Part shown: in pieces, positions 38,991-52,261 of the stretch | Numbering within the stretch: the first letter of the stretch is position 1 | How the letters are laid out: each line of letters starts with the position of its first letter | Source of the DNA: Mobula hypostoma | Lineage: Eukaryota | Direction of reading: 5' to 3' | DNA length: 64,000 nucleotides | Assembly: GCF_963921235.1 (NCBI RefSeq) | Contig: NC_086097.1 | Span: 39,434,001-39,498,000 of the forward strand | Made by a program: the position numbers and the translations under genes | The notes under the pieces: generated by a model | The model's database searches: none | The model's input: the letters and a program-made list of their open reading frames with translations, nothing else | Told to the model about the DNA's origin: nothing

Positions 38991-40005
38991 TCCTTCCTGT
39001 TTATGTCAAAAATGCCAGTTGTGATGTAAAATTGTCCACCTGTAGTATTTATATTTTTTTGCCATCTCTGCTGCTGCTGCCTGTTTCCAGCATTCCACTT
39101 TCTTTCACAGTTCCAGCAGCTGTTCTGTCTTACACCCTGCGTGTTAACCAGCATTTCCCTTCCTTTTTGCCTTTTTTTCTCTTCTCTGATTGCTTTTGTT
39201 CATCTGTTAATTGGACAAAAGTGTTGTCACCTGAACAATCTTGATCACCATCTTGTCCCAGGCATTCCCTAAAGCCAACACACTAAAACTGCACCTGGAA
39301 TTGTAGATGTGAACTCTCCACAGGCCTCTACATTTGAAATAAAATAAAATTCCTTAATCTTGTGTTTTCGCCCTTTTCAGTTAAGACTAGCAAACAAATC
39401 ACCTTATGAATTGCTTGCTAGACCTACATATTAACTTTCTACACTCAGTGTATCAGTATCCTAGATCTTTTTGTTCAATGAAATTTGCCAGTTTAAAATC
39501 ACTGTTCTACTGCTCCCCGCCTATATATTTTGTTTATTTCTTCTTCACTCAGTTAGGTTGCACACACTCCCTAGGCAGACATCACTTTCTCACCTAATTA
39601 TGCTTTTCATCAGATTTCGATACATAATGCTCTACCCATTCAAATAACTCTTTAATTATAGATCAAAATTAGCTGAGGACCTAGTTACTGAATCTTGTGA
39701 CCACTCACAATTGTACATTGGTTTATCTTTGTCTCATGTACCTAGTGAAAAGCTTTGATTTGCATGTCATCCAGGCGGATAATTCCAAACATTAGTACAT
39801 TGACACAACACAAAAGGTAAAACAGTAATATAATACAGTACATAGTGTTACAGTTACATAGAAATTAACTGTTGCCATTGGGATCATGACCTATTTATTC
39901 CTATTCTCCTGCTTTCTGCATGAAATCCAGTCTCTGATCTGTCATCATATATTCCCCACTTCTTAATCCTGCACAGTGTGTAATAATCTGTGTGGCCCTT
40001 TATTA

Positions 40006-41195
40006 CAGGGGTCCCCAACATTTTTTGCACTGCGGACCGGTTTAATATTGGCAATATTCTTGCGGACTGGGCGGGGTACAGTTGCCAACGGACAAGAGTA
40101 GCAGTTAAATACGTTGTGTTTACCTCGAGAAAGACTACAATAACCGTGAAGCCTTGCGCGGGCACCAGTGCGCATGCGTGACTTGCTTATGCCTGTACAT
40201 CCTGATTTTTTTCTACAAATCGTTTTTGGCAATTCTGTTTGGGGGTGGGATGGGGTGTTAATCACAACCGGAATATAGGTGATCAGTGGCTAATACACTC
40301 AATTTCGTTTCTAAAAGGGTTTATCTAACGAATTTAATAGTAAACACACAACGCATCCTTTCCTCGCATGAATATAGTGATAAGTCAATTATCGGGGAGG
40401 ACAGGGGAGCTTGAAGTAAGTGTTGAACGAACTTCCAGTAGAAGTGGTAGAAGCAGGTTCGATATTATCATTTAAAGAAAAATTGGATAGGTATATGGAC
40501 AGGAAAGGAATGGAAGGTTATGGGCTGAGTGCAGGTCGGTGGGACTAGGTGAGAGTAATGTTCGGCACGGACTAGAAGGGCCAACATGGCCTGTTTCCGT
40601 GCTGTAATTGTTATAAGTCAATAGCATCATAATATTTTAAGTAACATATGGATATTAAACACACAGCACATAACTTCCCCGTATGAACATATAAAATCAT
40701 TGCAACACACCAATATCGCTGAATCAGTGGGAGCCCTGGGCTTATTTCCCTGCAACAAGACGGTGTCATCAAGGGGTGATGGGAGACAGCGATACTCGAA
40801 GGGGGTTCCTTATGTCCAGTCTATTCTGCAGTTTAGTTTTCGTTACATTCATTGCAGAGATATGTTGGAAATGGAAGCAATATTTTCAGTGCTTTCGTGA
40901 CTATCTCAGGATATTTAGCCTTGACTGTGATCCAGAATGCCGGCAGAGATGTTATGTCAAATATACTTTTTAGCCTGTCGTCATTTGCAAGCTCGAGAAG
41001 TTGATCTTCCCGTGCTGACATGGATGACATGTGGGTAATGACCTCGCGTGTGTTCAAGTTCAACAGTGGGCGTGACAGGGAATGAGGAAAGGTGCAGCTG
41101 ACTCATATCGCCAAATCATATGGTTTCCTCACGGCCCGGTAGCACACGCTTTGTGGCCCAGTACCGGTCTGCGGCCCGGTGGTTGGGGACCGCTG
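40006..41195 (-). mobile_element. hAT (Charlie/Buster-like) element, copy 3, with captured CR1 tail (~40393-40612)
   Basis: Perfect 8-bp TSD ctttatta, hAT remnant at 40833..41063. Confidence 0.92.
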
Positions 41196-41334
41196 CTTTA
41201 TTAGATGCCGTTTGAAATTCTAGATGTACTTCATTCATTGGTTCCCATTTATCTATTCTGCTAGTTCCATGCTCAAAAAGCTCCAATGGATTTATCAAAA
41301 CCAATTTTCTTTCATAAACCAACGTTGACAGTGA

Positions 41335-41712
41335 ACATAAGAAAATCTGCAGATGCTGGAAATCCAAAGCAACGCACACAAAATGCTGGAAAAGTGTAAA
41401 CTGTCGTCGTTTCAGGCCAAATCCCTTCATCAGGACTGGAGAGAAACAGGAAAGGTCTCTTTCACCAATCATCATCCCTGCTCTTTGCTTCGCCCCTTCC
41501 ACTCTTCCGGTTTCACCTATCACCTATCACCTATCACCTTGCACTGCTTCCTCCCCTCCCCCCACCTTCTTACTCTGACTTCTCCTCTTTCTTTCCAGTC
41601 CTGATGAAGGGTCTCAGCCTCAAGCGTGGACTGTTTACTTTTTTCCATAGATGCTACCTGGCCTGCCGAATTCCTCCTGCATTTTGAATATTGACCCTGG
41701 TTTTTCCAGTGC
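41335..41712. mobile_element. Penelope-derived inverted repeat unit with two hammerhead-like motifs
   Basis: cagtcctgatgaagggatttggcctgaaacgac on - (41401-41438) and cagtcctgatgaagggtctcagcctcaagcgtggactg on + (41596-41633). Confidence 0.7.
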
Positions 41713-42786
41713 CGTGTTCCCATAGCCTATATAATAAATTCCCACAGTTTTGTTAGAATCGATGACAGTTTTGTTGCAATTCATGAATAGCGATTTTTCT
41801 TTTGCTCTTGTTCAATCCATTACAACAATCGTGGGAATCTTGGATGTTCAACATCCAAGGCATTCTTATTGTTCACCTCTTTGAAAAGACTTGACTTGGC
41901 TAAGTTGGTCGATCTCCTATCTATTCCAGGATCTAAGCACATTGTCAGAAAACTGAAGGGATGTAGCATTGATGGAGGTGAGATAATTGCATTGATTCCT
42001 CAACTACCAGCTCGGGTGAGCACTAAAGATTCCATGATTTGAAGAAGAGTTTGGAATTCAAAATTCAAAAACAGTTCAATGTAAATGTATTATCGAAGTA
42101 TGTATCTATCACCATTTAGCATATCTGGTCCTAGACTCTCCCACTATTGAACACATCCTTTCCACATCCACTCTGTCTAGGTGACTTAGGACTAGATTTT
42201 CAATTGATAAAGTATTCACATCTCTCCTGACTAAATCCTGTTCATTTCTTGGTGGGTGATTAGAATTCTTCGCAACTTTCCCGGAGCTCTCACTCATGTG
42301 ATCTCTGATCATAATGTGTTTGGTCATTGCCTCTTTTGGCCAGGAAAGGGAGAGATAAGTCAAATTAATGGCCACAATCAGAGCTCCCCCCACCCCACCA
42401 CCCACAATTAGACTGCCCTCTCCCATCTCCCATTTGGTACTAGGCCAGCTGCCGACTCCCTGCTGTCTCCTTCCCAGGTGAGAGCACTCAGTGGCCTGCA
42501 GTGGAAACTGAAGATATCAGGGAAGGGTGCCTCTGTCTCTTCTGTTCTCAGCATGGCCCTGCAGATTGCCACTTCTGGATCTGCACATTTGTTCACAAAG
42601 GTTAGCTGGGATCAGCAGCACTGATAGTATTGCACCGCAGCCAGTCACAACACTCAGCGGCAAAGTAACAAAGTGAACTTCTTCACAGAGAGAGAGTTTA
42701 TTAACTGCAACCATTTACAATCTGTAGAAGCTTATAAGTACCTTATTTTACACTGTCGTGCAATTTTATTGCACTAAAGGAGACCA

Positions 42787-42956
42787 CACAGCATCTATGG
42801 AGAGGAATAAACAGTCAACGTTTTAGTCTGATGAAGGGTCTCCACCTGAAATCTCACTGTTTATTCCTCTCCATAGATGCTGCCTGACCTGTTGAGTTCC
42901 TCCAGCATTCTGTGTGTTACGCTCTGGACTTCCAGCATCTGCAGAACCACTTGTGT
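42787..42956. mobile_element. Penelope-derived short palindromic insertion
   Basis: 12-bp TSD taaaggagacca. Contains ctgatgaagggtctccacctgaaa and inverted arms. Confidence 0.75.
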
Positions 42957-43594
42957 TAAAGGAGACCAGGCTATTTTCCCCCTTTTGTATTACACTGTCA
43001 TTGGAACAAAGAAAAATCAGCACACAGATGGAATAGTATTTCTTTAATGTTTCTTTTTCTCTATTAAATCATTATTGTCCTGGTGCAATATGAATAAACC
43101 TACCTAAAATTTCCTCATATAATTCACTGCTGTCACAGCCTAGAGAAATGTTTCCAATGGGGACAAATTTTGCCAGAAAAATAGCCTTACTCATATTGAA
43201 AGCACAATCTGTTGCACCTCTTACAAAGCAAATAGCAGATGCCACCAAAATCCTAGTGCAATTATATTGATTTACGTAGACCATATACAGGTCCATTCTA
43301 CCACATGGATTAAAAAACCTCTTTTTCTCTTTGCAGGCATAACTGACATAATAAAGTCTATTTATTGCAGTTCCAGCAAGTGCATGCTTGTGCAGGATAA
43401 CTGAAATTTGCAAAATTATGGGGCTCATATTAATGCTCTTGTGAGTTTTGGAAAGGAGGAGATTGTGCATGGAATCTGATGGATTAATTTCACCCCGATA
43501 AGTTTCACATCTCCAGGTTGTGCTGGGTGCACACACATATGAAGCCAACTTGAAGATTATTTAAATACTCATATGCAAAACATTAAAATTAATG

Positions 43595-44130
43595 AGGAAT
43601 CGGAATCAGGTTTAATATCACTGGCATATGTCGTAAAATTTGTTGTCTTTGCGGCATAATACATAATAATAGGACAAAAACTGTGAATTGCGTTAAGTAT
43701 ATACTGTGTGTATATGTGTGTGAGTGTATATATATAAAATAGAAATTTTTAAAAGTACTGAGGTAGTATTCATGGCTTCATTGTCCATTCAGAAATTAGA
43801 TGTCAGAGAGGAATCGCTGAGTGTGTGCCTTTAGGCTTCTGTACCTCCTTGCTGATGGTATCAATGACAAGAGGGCATGACCTGCATGATGGGGCTCCTT
43901 AATGATGTATGCGGCCTTTATGAAGCATTGGTCCTTGAAGATGACCGGGATACTATGTAGGCTAGTACTCCTGATGGAGCTGACTAAGTTTACAACTCTC
44001 CGCAGCTTATTTCGATCCTGTGTAGTAGGCCCCTGATACCAGACAGTGATGCAGCCAGTTAGGATGCTCTTCATGGCACATCTGTAGAAATTTGTGAAAG
44101 TTTTTGATGGCATACCAAACCTCCTACTGA
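43595..44130 (-). mobile_element. Rex1/Babar-like 3' fragment
   Basis: NFYRCAMKSILTGCITVWY...PSARRYRSL and a (gattcc)n tail. Confidence 0.8.
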
Positions 44131-44134
44131 GGAA

Positions 44135-44965
44135 GTAGAGAGACTACAGAAGGGCTTAGACAGATTAGGGGAATGGGCAAAGAAATGGCAGATGGAATAG
44201 TGTCAGGAAGTGTATGGTCATGCAATTTGTAGACAAAATAAAAAGGTTGACTATTTTCTAAATGGAGAGAAAACACAGAAAAAAATGAGAATCAGAGGGA
44301 CTTGGGAGTCCTTGTCCTTTAATTTACAGGCTGAGTCTGCGGTGAGGATGGCAAATGCATTCATTTCAGGAGGACTAGAATATAAAAGCAAGGATGTAAT
44401 GTTGGGGCTTTATAAAACACTGGTGAGGCCTCACTTGGAGTATTGTGAGCAGGTTTGGGCCCCTTATCTTAGAAAGAATGTGCTGACACTGGAGAGGGTT
44501 CAAAGGAAATTCACAAAAATGATTCCAGGATTGAATGGCTAGTTATATTAAGAGTGTTTGATTGCTCTGGGCCTGTATTCACTAGAATTCAGAGGAATGA
44601 GGGGTGACCTCATTGAAACCTATTGAATGGTGATAGGCCTGGATAAAGTGGATGTGGAGAGGATGTTTCCTGTAGCGGGAGAGTCTAAGACTAGAGGACA
44701 CAGCCTCAGAATAGAGGGGTATTCTTTTAGAACAGAGATGAGGAGAAATTTCTTTAACCAGAAAGAGGCAAATTTGTGGAATTTGTTGCCACAGGCAGAT
44801 GTGGAGGTTAATAGATTCTTAACTGGTCAGGGAATGGAGGGATACGGGGAGAAGGCGGGAGATTGGGGCTGAGAGAAAGAATTGGATCAGCCATGATGAA
44901 GTGGTGGAACAGACTCAATGAGCCAAATGACTTAATTCTGCTCCTATATCTTATGGTCTTATGGT
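44135..44965 (+). mobile_element. CR1 3' portion
   Basis: LYKTLVRPHLEYCEQVWAPYL, SKTRGHSLRI, and a (tcttatgg) tail. Confidence 0.9.
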
Positions 44966-46685
44966 TAACCCTTCATGTCCTGAATAATTCTCGCGAATCT
45001 CCTCTGAACCTTCTCTAATACCAGCATATCTTTTTTTAGATAAGGGGCCCAAAACTTCTCAGAATACTCCAAGTGGGGTCTGACCAATGCCTTGTAAAGC
45101 TTCAGTATTACATTCTTGTTTTCATATTCAAGTCCTTTCAAAACAGATGCAAACATTGATTTGTCTTCCTTGCCACTGACTCAACCTGCACGCTAACCTT
45201 TAGTGAGTCTTGTACAAGGATTCCCAAGTCCCGTTTCACCTCCGAGTTTTGAAATTTCTCCTTGTTTAGAAAATAGTATATGCCCTTATTCCTTCTAGAA
45301 AAGTGCATGCCCATACACTATATCCCATCTACCACATTTTTGCTCATTTCCCCATCTGCTTAAGTCTTTCTGCAGACTCCCTGCTTGCTCAACACTACCC
45401 CCTTTTACTTTTAGAAAATGCTCCTTTTACTCCCACTCTTTGCCTCCTGCCAGTCAGCCAATCTTCTATCGAAGCTAGTATCTTTACTGTAATACTATAA
45501 GCTTTTATCCTGTTAACTGGCCTCATGTGTGACACTTTGTCAAAGGCCTTCTGAAACCAAATAAATAACATTCACTGACTTTTCTATGTTTACCCTTCTT
45601 GTTATTTCCGTAAAGAATTCCAACAGATTTTGTCAAGCAAGATTTCCCCTTAAGATAGAAACTTTATTAGTCCCAAAGGAAAATACAGTGTCACAGTAGC
45701 ATTACAGGTGCACAGATATATAAATATTAGAAGAGAAGTAAAAAAAAATAAAAATTAAGTTATGTCAAACACTCTAACAGGAGGGGGTCTTCACTTCCCT
45801 GGCTATAGGTTGACTCATTGGAGTAACACAGTTGTCTTAGTCAAAGTATTCCTCTGTTCAGCCAAAGTGGCATGTAGAGGGTGAGAAACATTGTCCAGAA
45901 TTGCCAGGATTTTCCATAGGGTCCTTTGTTCTACCATAGCCTCCAGTGTGTCCAGTTTGACTCATATAACAGAGCCAGCCTTTCTAATCAGTTTATTGAG
46001 CTGTTGGCATCACCCGTGTTGATGCCATTGCCCCAGAACACCACTACATAGAAGATTGTACTGGTGACAACAGACTGGTAGAACATATGAAGGAGAGGCT
46101 TGCATACTCCAAAAGACCTCAGTCTCCTCAGGAAATAGAGGTGACTATGCCCCTTGTACACAGCCTCTGTGTTGGCGCTCCACTCAAGCCTGTCATCCAG
46201 GTGCATCCCCAGATATTTCAAGGAAACCATGCTGACCTTGGCCTATTTTATCATGTGCCTCGAAGTACCCCGAAACCTCATCCTTAAAAATGGACTCGAA
46301 CATCTTCCCAATCAGTCATATCAGACCAACTGACCTATAATTTCCTTTCTTCTGCCTCCTTCCCTGCTTAAGAGTGCAGTGACATTTGCAATTTTCTAGT
46401 CCTCCAGAACCATTCCAGAATTCTGAATTTCTTGAAAGATCATTACTAGTGCCTCCATAATCTCTTCAGCTACCTCTTTTTGAACCTTGGGTTGTAGTCC
46501 ATCTGGTGCAAATGACTTATCTACCTTCAGACTTCTCAGCTTCCCAAGCACCTTCTCCTTAGTAGTTGCATCTACACTCACTTTTGCCCTCTGACTTGAA
46601 TTTCTGGCATAGTACTAGTGGTTTCCCACAGTGAAGTCTAATGCTAAATACTTATTAAGTTCATCTACCATTTATTTGTCCCCCA
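44966..46685 (-). mobile_element. CR1 fragment interrupted by a Rex1-like piece (~45655-46220)
   Basis: LYKALVRPHLEY and LKVDKSFAPDGL. The insert encodes KYLGMHLDDRLEWSANT...LYFLRRLRSF. Confidence 0.8.
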
Positions 46686-47059
46686 TTCAAGGAGGCTTTC
46701 TATGAATCACTACCAAAAGGCAGGTCAGGAGCAGGAGTGGTGAAAAATGCGAGATTGGCAGCATCCAAGATTGGTTGCAACCAAGGATTTTTTACGCATT
46801 CAGAAGGTGTTAGTGTTATTGGTAACACAAGCATTCACTGTTCATTCCTAATTGTACCTAAACTGAGGAAGTTGTTTGAGAGTCGATCTCACTGGGCCTC
46901 TTGGGGGCTCATAAAAACCAGATGGATAGGGATGAAAGTTTCTTCCTGTGGAGGACATTAATGAAACATTTGGTTTATTGTGACATTCCAGTAGTTTCAT
47001 GGTTACTCTGACCGAGATGAGATTTAATTACAAATTTAAATACTTGAAATTCTGCAGTT

Positions 47060-47900
47060 CAAAATCAGATTTATTATCACTAATGTATGACATGTAATTT
47101 GTTGTTTTGTGGCAGCAGTATGCTGCAAAGACATAAAAATCTATAAATTATAGAAATTAATAGTGTAAAAAGCATGGAATAATGAGGTGGTGTTCATGGG
47201 TTCATGGACTGTTCAGAAATCTGATAGCAGAGAGCAGAGAAACTGTTCCTAAATCTTTGAGTATAGATGTTCAGCCTTCTGTACCTCTTTCCTGATGTTA
47301 TTAACAAGAAGAGGGCATGTGCTGGATGACGGATGTTGCCTTCTTGAGTCACTGTCTCTTGAAGATGTCCTTAATAGTGGGGATGGCTGTACTTGTGATG
47401 GGGCCGGCTGGGTTTACAGCCCTCTGCAGGCTCTTGTGATCCTCTGCTTTGGAGGTTCCATACCAGGCTTTGATGCAACCAGTCAGGATGCTCTCTGCTG
47501 TATACCTATAGAAATTCGCAGGTGTCTTTCACATATCAAATCTCCTCAAACTCCTAATGACGCATAGCCGCTGGCATGTTTCTTTGTGATTGTATCAATG
47601 TGTTGGGCACAGGATTGATACCCCAAGACACCACGTCAAGAAACTTGAAGCGGCTCACCCTTTGCACAGGTAAAACCCCTCAATGAGGGCTTGTGTGTGT
47701 TCACCTGACTTGCCCTTCCTGAAGTTCACGGTCATTCCCTTAGCCTTACTGACACTGAATGTAAAGTTATTGCTGTGACGCCACTCGACCAGCTGATATG
47801 TCTCACTCCTCTAAACCTCCTTATCACCATCTGAGATTCTACCAACTACGGTGTGTCATTGATTGAGTTGTGTTTAATCACACAGTCATGAGTGTTGAGC
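47060..47900 (-). mobile_element. Rex1/Babar-like 3' fragment
   Basis: Colinear with 43595..44130. Confidence 0.7.
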
Positions 47901-47974
47901 AGAGTATGTTCTGTCCAATTGCTGGATTTCTGTGGAAAGTGTTTTAATGACTTAAGCAAGTCAGGTAAAGTGAC

Positions 47975-48156
47975 ACAAACATGAGGAAATCTGCGGATGC
48001 TGGAATTTCAAGCAACACACATAAAAATTGCTGGTGAACACAGCAGGCCAGGCAGCATCTATAGGAAGAGGTACGGTCGACGTTTCAGGCTGAGACCCTG
48101 GCCTATAGATACTGCCTGGCCTGCTGCGTTCACCAGCAATTTTTATGTGTGTTGCT
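47975..48156. mobile_element. Penelope-derived short palindromic insertion
   Basis: 14-bp TSD tcaggtaaagtgac, inverted arms, partial hammerhead (gggtctcagcctgaaacgtcgac on -). Confidence 0.78.
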
Positions 48157-49869
48157 TCAGGTAAAGTGACTACATTTGATGATTAACCAACAAGCAAAGT
48201 TTATCATCCCACGTCATTCCTCAGACCCATTTCAGTGTCATCTTGTCAAGTATCTACACACCAGTGTTCCTCAGCCCAGACTCAATGAAATGTGTCAGGG
48301 TTACCATTCTGACTGTATTGCATCTTTCCAATGCAGTCCCTCAGAGTAAAAGCACAACATGCATGGGAGAGTGATGGAGCAGGAAATAGTGTTGTTGACA
48401 GGTGCAGAGGAGAATATGGAAACCAGTGACATGACTGTGTCTCATTTATTTGGAGATTAAAAGTGAAGTAACTGTATATAGAATCAAATATACCTCTGAC
48501 ACACATACTGACTTTATTTCATTAATGGGTGAACTGTAAGAAGCCTGATTGTGGTAATTGTCATTCCTGTTACTTTGCCAAGACATCATATCCCTCTGTC
48601 TTTTGTTTTCTGGAGCTTTCAGGCTCAAGGATAAGCCTGTGGATATGTGTGACGACACAGGACCTGATGGTGTACAAGGATTGACTTCTTCCACTGAGAG
48701 ATTCAGTTGATCTCTCAATTGATACCCCATGAACACGAGTTGGGACAGTTGTGGAAAACTGCATCAAAACGTATCAATGAAACAGTTAGAGTGTTCCCGC
48801 CAACTTCTAGGCACACCTAGGGAGAGTCAGGAGGCAAAATTGGGCTACACACTGAAAGGGAAAGGGAAAAGAAGATCAGTGGCAACTGGTGAGATGTTTG
48901 ATAAAGGAGGAGCAATTTAAACATTACTAGTCCAATCATTGGAATCTTCTTGCATCTCCAGCCCTAGTTCTTCCACATTTTGTCTGAAGAAATTTCGTTT
49001 TAACAAAGATTCACAGGAGCTGTATTGAAAATAATTTGAAACTAATCTGAAATCAGAAATATGGATTATTAATTCAGATGCATGTTCAAATCTGACCATG
49101 ACATTTAGGTCATCTAAATACATAATCAAATATTTCTGTATTAATGAGATGGGGTACATCCATAAAACTAACCAGATTGTGTTTAAAACCCATTTGGATG
49201 AGAAGTTGTCATAGGCTGAGGAGATGCTATGTTGGTTTTGGAAGCATGGTGGCATCTATGGGCATCCCCTAGCGCATGCTGTGACTGAGTTGGTTGTTGA
49301 TGCAAATGACACATTTCACTTTATGTTTTGATGTACATGTAATAAATAAAACTAACCCTAATCTTACTTTAAATGCCCTGCATGGAAAGAAAACTGCCAA
49401 CCATCCCCAGTCTGGGCTACATGTCTCTGATTCTTAACAGCTCTCTATGTACACCTTGTGCTATTTGTGACACTTCACAGCACAGTAGTAATTAGTGGCA
49501 CTCAAGCATGTTAATTATGAATATATCCTGCTGCACGCAGTAGCTCAAAGTCTTCCTCCTTTTCAACACCTTCCACCCCTCCTAATAGCTGTGTCTCCCC
49601 CCATGTGGGAAGATGGTTTATGCATCATTCAATGTGATCTCGGGTGAATATGATGACACTGAGCAAAATCACAGGAAAGCAAGGCACGGCCTCACTGTGT
49701 GTGACAGCAGTTCAGTTGCAGGGATAGAAATACATTGTGGAATTTCTACTTCCCCGTGATTTCGCTGCCAGATTTGCATGAAATAATGTCGAAATCATGA
49801 TTCCACCTCACATCTGCTGATATTCTGTCATCTGCAGCTCCTAAAGGAACACAAAGGGTAGCAATGAGT

Positions 49870-50200
49870 TGTGAAACATCTAAATTGTAAAAAGAGTTGG
49901 TTTGCTTCCCAGAAATGGAAGGTTTAGTTGAATATCAACAAGTTCATCAACAATATCATGCTTGCAAGTCCTGATAGTAATTTTGGAGTTGCACAAAAGG
50001 CTGTAGGTTAATGTTAGTATTGACTTTTACCAATGATTATTTGATTGTGCCTGTTGATGACTACAGCAGTTTCCTTGCAAATATTGTCCATTCAACAGCT
50101 ATGCAATGTCACAACCACGGACTCTTGCCATGGTGATTGAGCACCTTTGCAGGCAGTCTGCTGAACAGTGTTGGCAATCATGCTCATGAGTATACAATTC
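49870..50200 (+). pseudogene. Ancient Gypsy integrase remnant
   Basis: KELVCFPEMEGLVE and YLIVPVDDYSSFLANIVHST resemble integrase WFP and VVDxYSxF motifs. Confidence 0.45.
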
Positions 50201-50634
50201 GTGTATACCAGCTGTCACGTGTCCACAGTTTCGTTTTCCTGGGAGTCCATAGTTTCGTTTACTGTGGGCATCATGTATCCCCAGTTTCGTTTTACTTTGA
50301 GTCCACAGTTTCGTTTCTGTGAGCGTTACCTTATGACGTATGTGGATGGTATAAAAGAAATGTGGTCATAAGTGCTGAAAAGGAGTCGAAGGAAAGAGAA
50401 AGAGAGTGAAGATCACAGACTTCCAGCTATCTGGCAACAACTCATGATCGAGAAGGGTAAAGTCTAATGCTTACCCAAACTCAAAGGATTGGGTTAATCA
50501 GCGGCACACGGATTCTCCAGATGGCGCTCACGCAGTGAGGTCATTTCTCGGCTTCGCTCTTTACTTTTTCATTTTATATCTATGATCACCTTTATTTAAT
50601 TTACTTTTAAGTTTGGACTTTGAACTTTGAAGAG

Positions 50635-51489
50635 ATGAGTAGAGAACCAGCTACAAAACCTGAAGTTCGAGACGCTAAACCTGCAAAAGATGCCGATGGC
50701 GACGGAAAAAAGAAACCTGACCCTAAACATCCTGAGATAACTTATGAATTGTTGATGAATTTGTTTTGTGATCATGCTGATGAAATATGCCGAGGCTTTA
50801 AAGAAGAGATTACGGCAATTATGCAAACTTTTGGTGTGCTTGACCATCAAGTTCAACAGCAATAAAACACTATCACCGAACTGAAGGAAGATGCATGAAA
50901 GAAAGATGAAAAAATCGAGAGTTTGGAACAAGAAGTTTCTTCGACAGATAAACAGCTGGAGAGTCTTAAATTTAAGATTACTGATCTGGAAAACTGATCC
51001 AGAAGAAAGAACTTACGTTTATTTGGTCTCCCCGAGGGAGTTGAGACAGGAGACCCTTCAGTATTCTTCTCGAAACTTTTAAAGACTGCGTTTAGCTCTG
51101 AATTCCTGGATGATCCTCCATTGCTCGATTGCGCACATCGTATTTTTCGAAGTAAATCAGATTCTCAATCTAAACCGAGACCAGTAATTATCTGATTTCA
51201 TTATGTTCATGTTAAAGAGTAACTCATACGAGTAGCCCGATGGCAGGGAATGATTAAATTTGAAATCCATCAATTCAGACTGTTTGAGGATATTAGCCCT
51301 GAATTAATGAGAGCGCGATTAGCTTTCAAACATCTGATGATGGAATGCTACCAAAAAGATCTTAAACCAGCGTTACTGTATCCTGCCTGCTTAAGAATTT
51401 CTCCTCCGAACTGCCCGCGACTTTTTTTCAACTCTACAAGTGCTGCTCGAAGCTTTCTGGAAGAACTTGAATCAGCCGCCACAGTTTAA
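50635..51489 (+). pseudogene. L1 ORF1, disrupted
   Basis: Coiled coil, DLEN*SRRKNLRLFGLPEG, PRPVII, RLFEDISPEL, LLYPACL. Confidence 0.85.
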
Positions 51490-52261
51490 TTAATATACAA
51501 TCCTTGTGATATTGGCTTTGGCTTTTTGTTTTTTTTTCAAATTCTATTAATCATAGGATTCATTTTTGAAGATTGACTTATTTTTAAGTATAAGCATAAG
51601 ACCTCTAGTTTTGATTGGTAGTGTTGGTATTCTTTATACTTAATTTTATCGTTATTATTGGTTATTTTCTATATATTTTTTAATAATGTATGTGGGGGAA
51701 TATTATGTTTTTTCTCCCTGTTGCATAATCAAGATGGCATTTTGTTTTATTCTTTCCATTATACCTTTGTTTTTTTTTACCACGCCATCTTTTTGGGTTC
51801 TTCTCCCCATAATACTTTTCTTGCCGGATACGCCTTTTTTTTATACTTAACTGTTTTTCCTTACTAATATTTTACATTGAATAATATGTATTGGTTTCTC
51901 TTCTTTTGTTTTCATTTTATTAGCATGTTAGTGATTATAATGCAGTATTTTATTTTACTGTATTTGTTAAGTTTATTGCTTTTTTTAGGTGGTCTTTTTA
52001 CCAACATATATTTGGGAGCCGCCTTCTGGAGAAATGGGGGTAGATTTAGTCTTAGCTTGCTTTCTGGCCTTTCTTGGCTTAGTTTTAGGGTTCTTGGGTG
52101 GGGGGTGGGGGGCTTTTTCTTCTTTTTTTCATTGGGCTAATTCTGAACTACAACAATGTCTGCTTTGTTGCAGCTTCCGTCTCCTTTCCAAATGCTGGTT
52201 CCTCTTCCGGTTACATGGGCTTATACTCCGGTTAACCCTTTATATACCAAGAGATTGATTT

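Noticed and set aside
42408..43548. Minus-strand ORFs of 62-158 aa in non-repeat DNA
   Set aside because: No recognisable domain or consistent splice structure.
48623..49255. Exon-like stretches after pyrimidine tracts on both strands
   Set aside because: Short frames ending in stops, no recognisable protein, cannot be linked into a gene.
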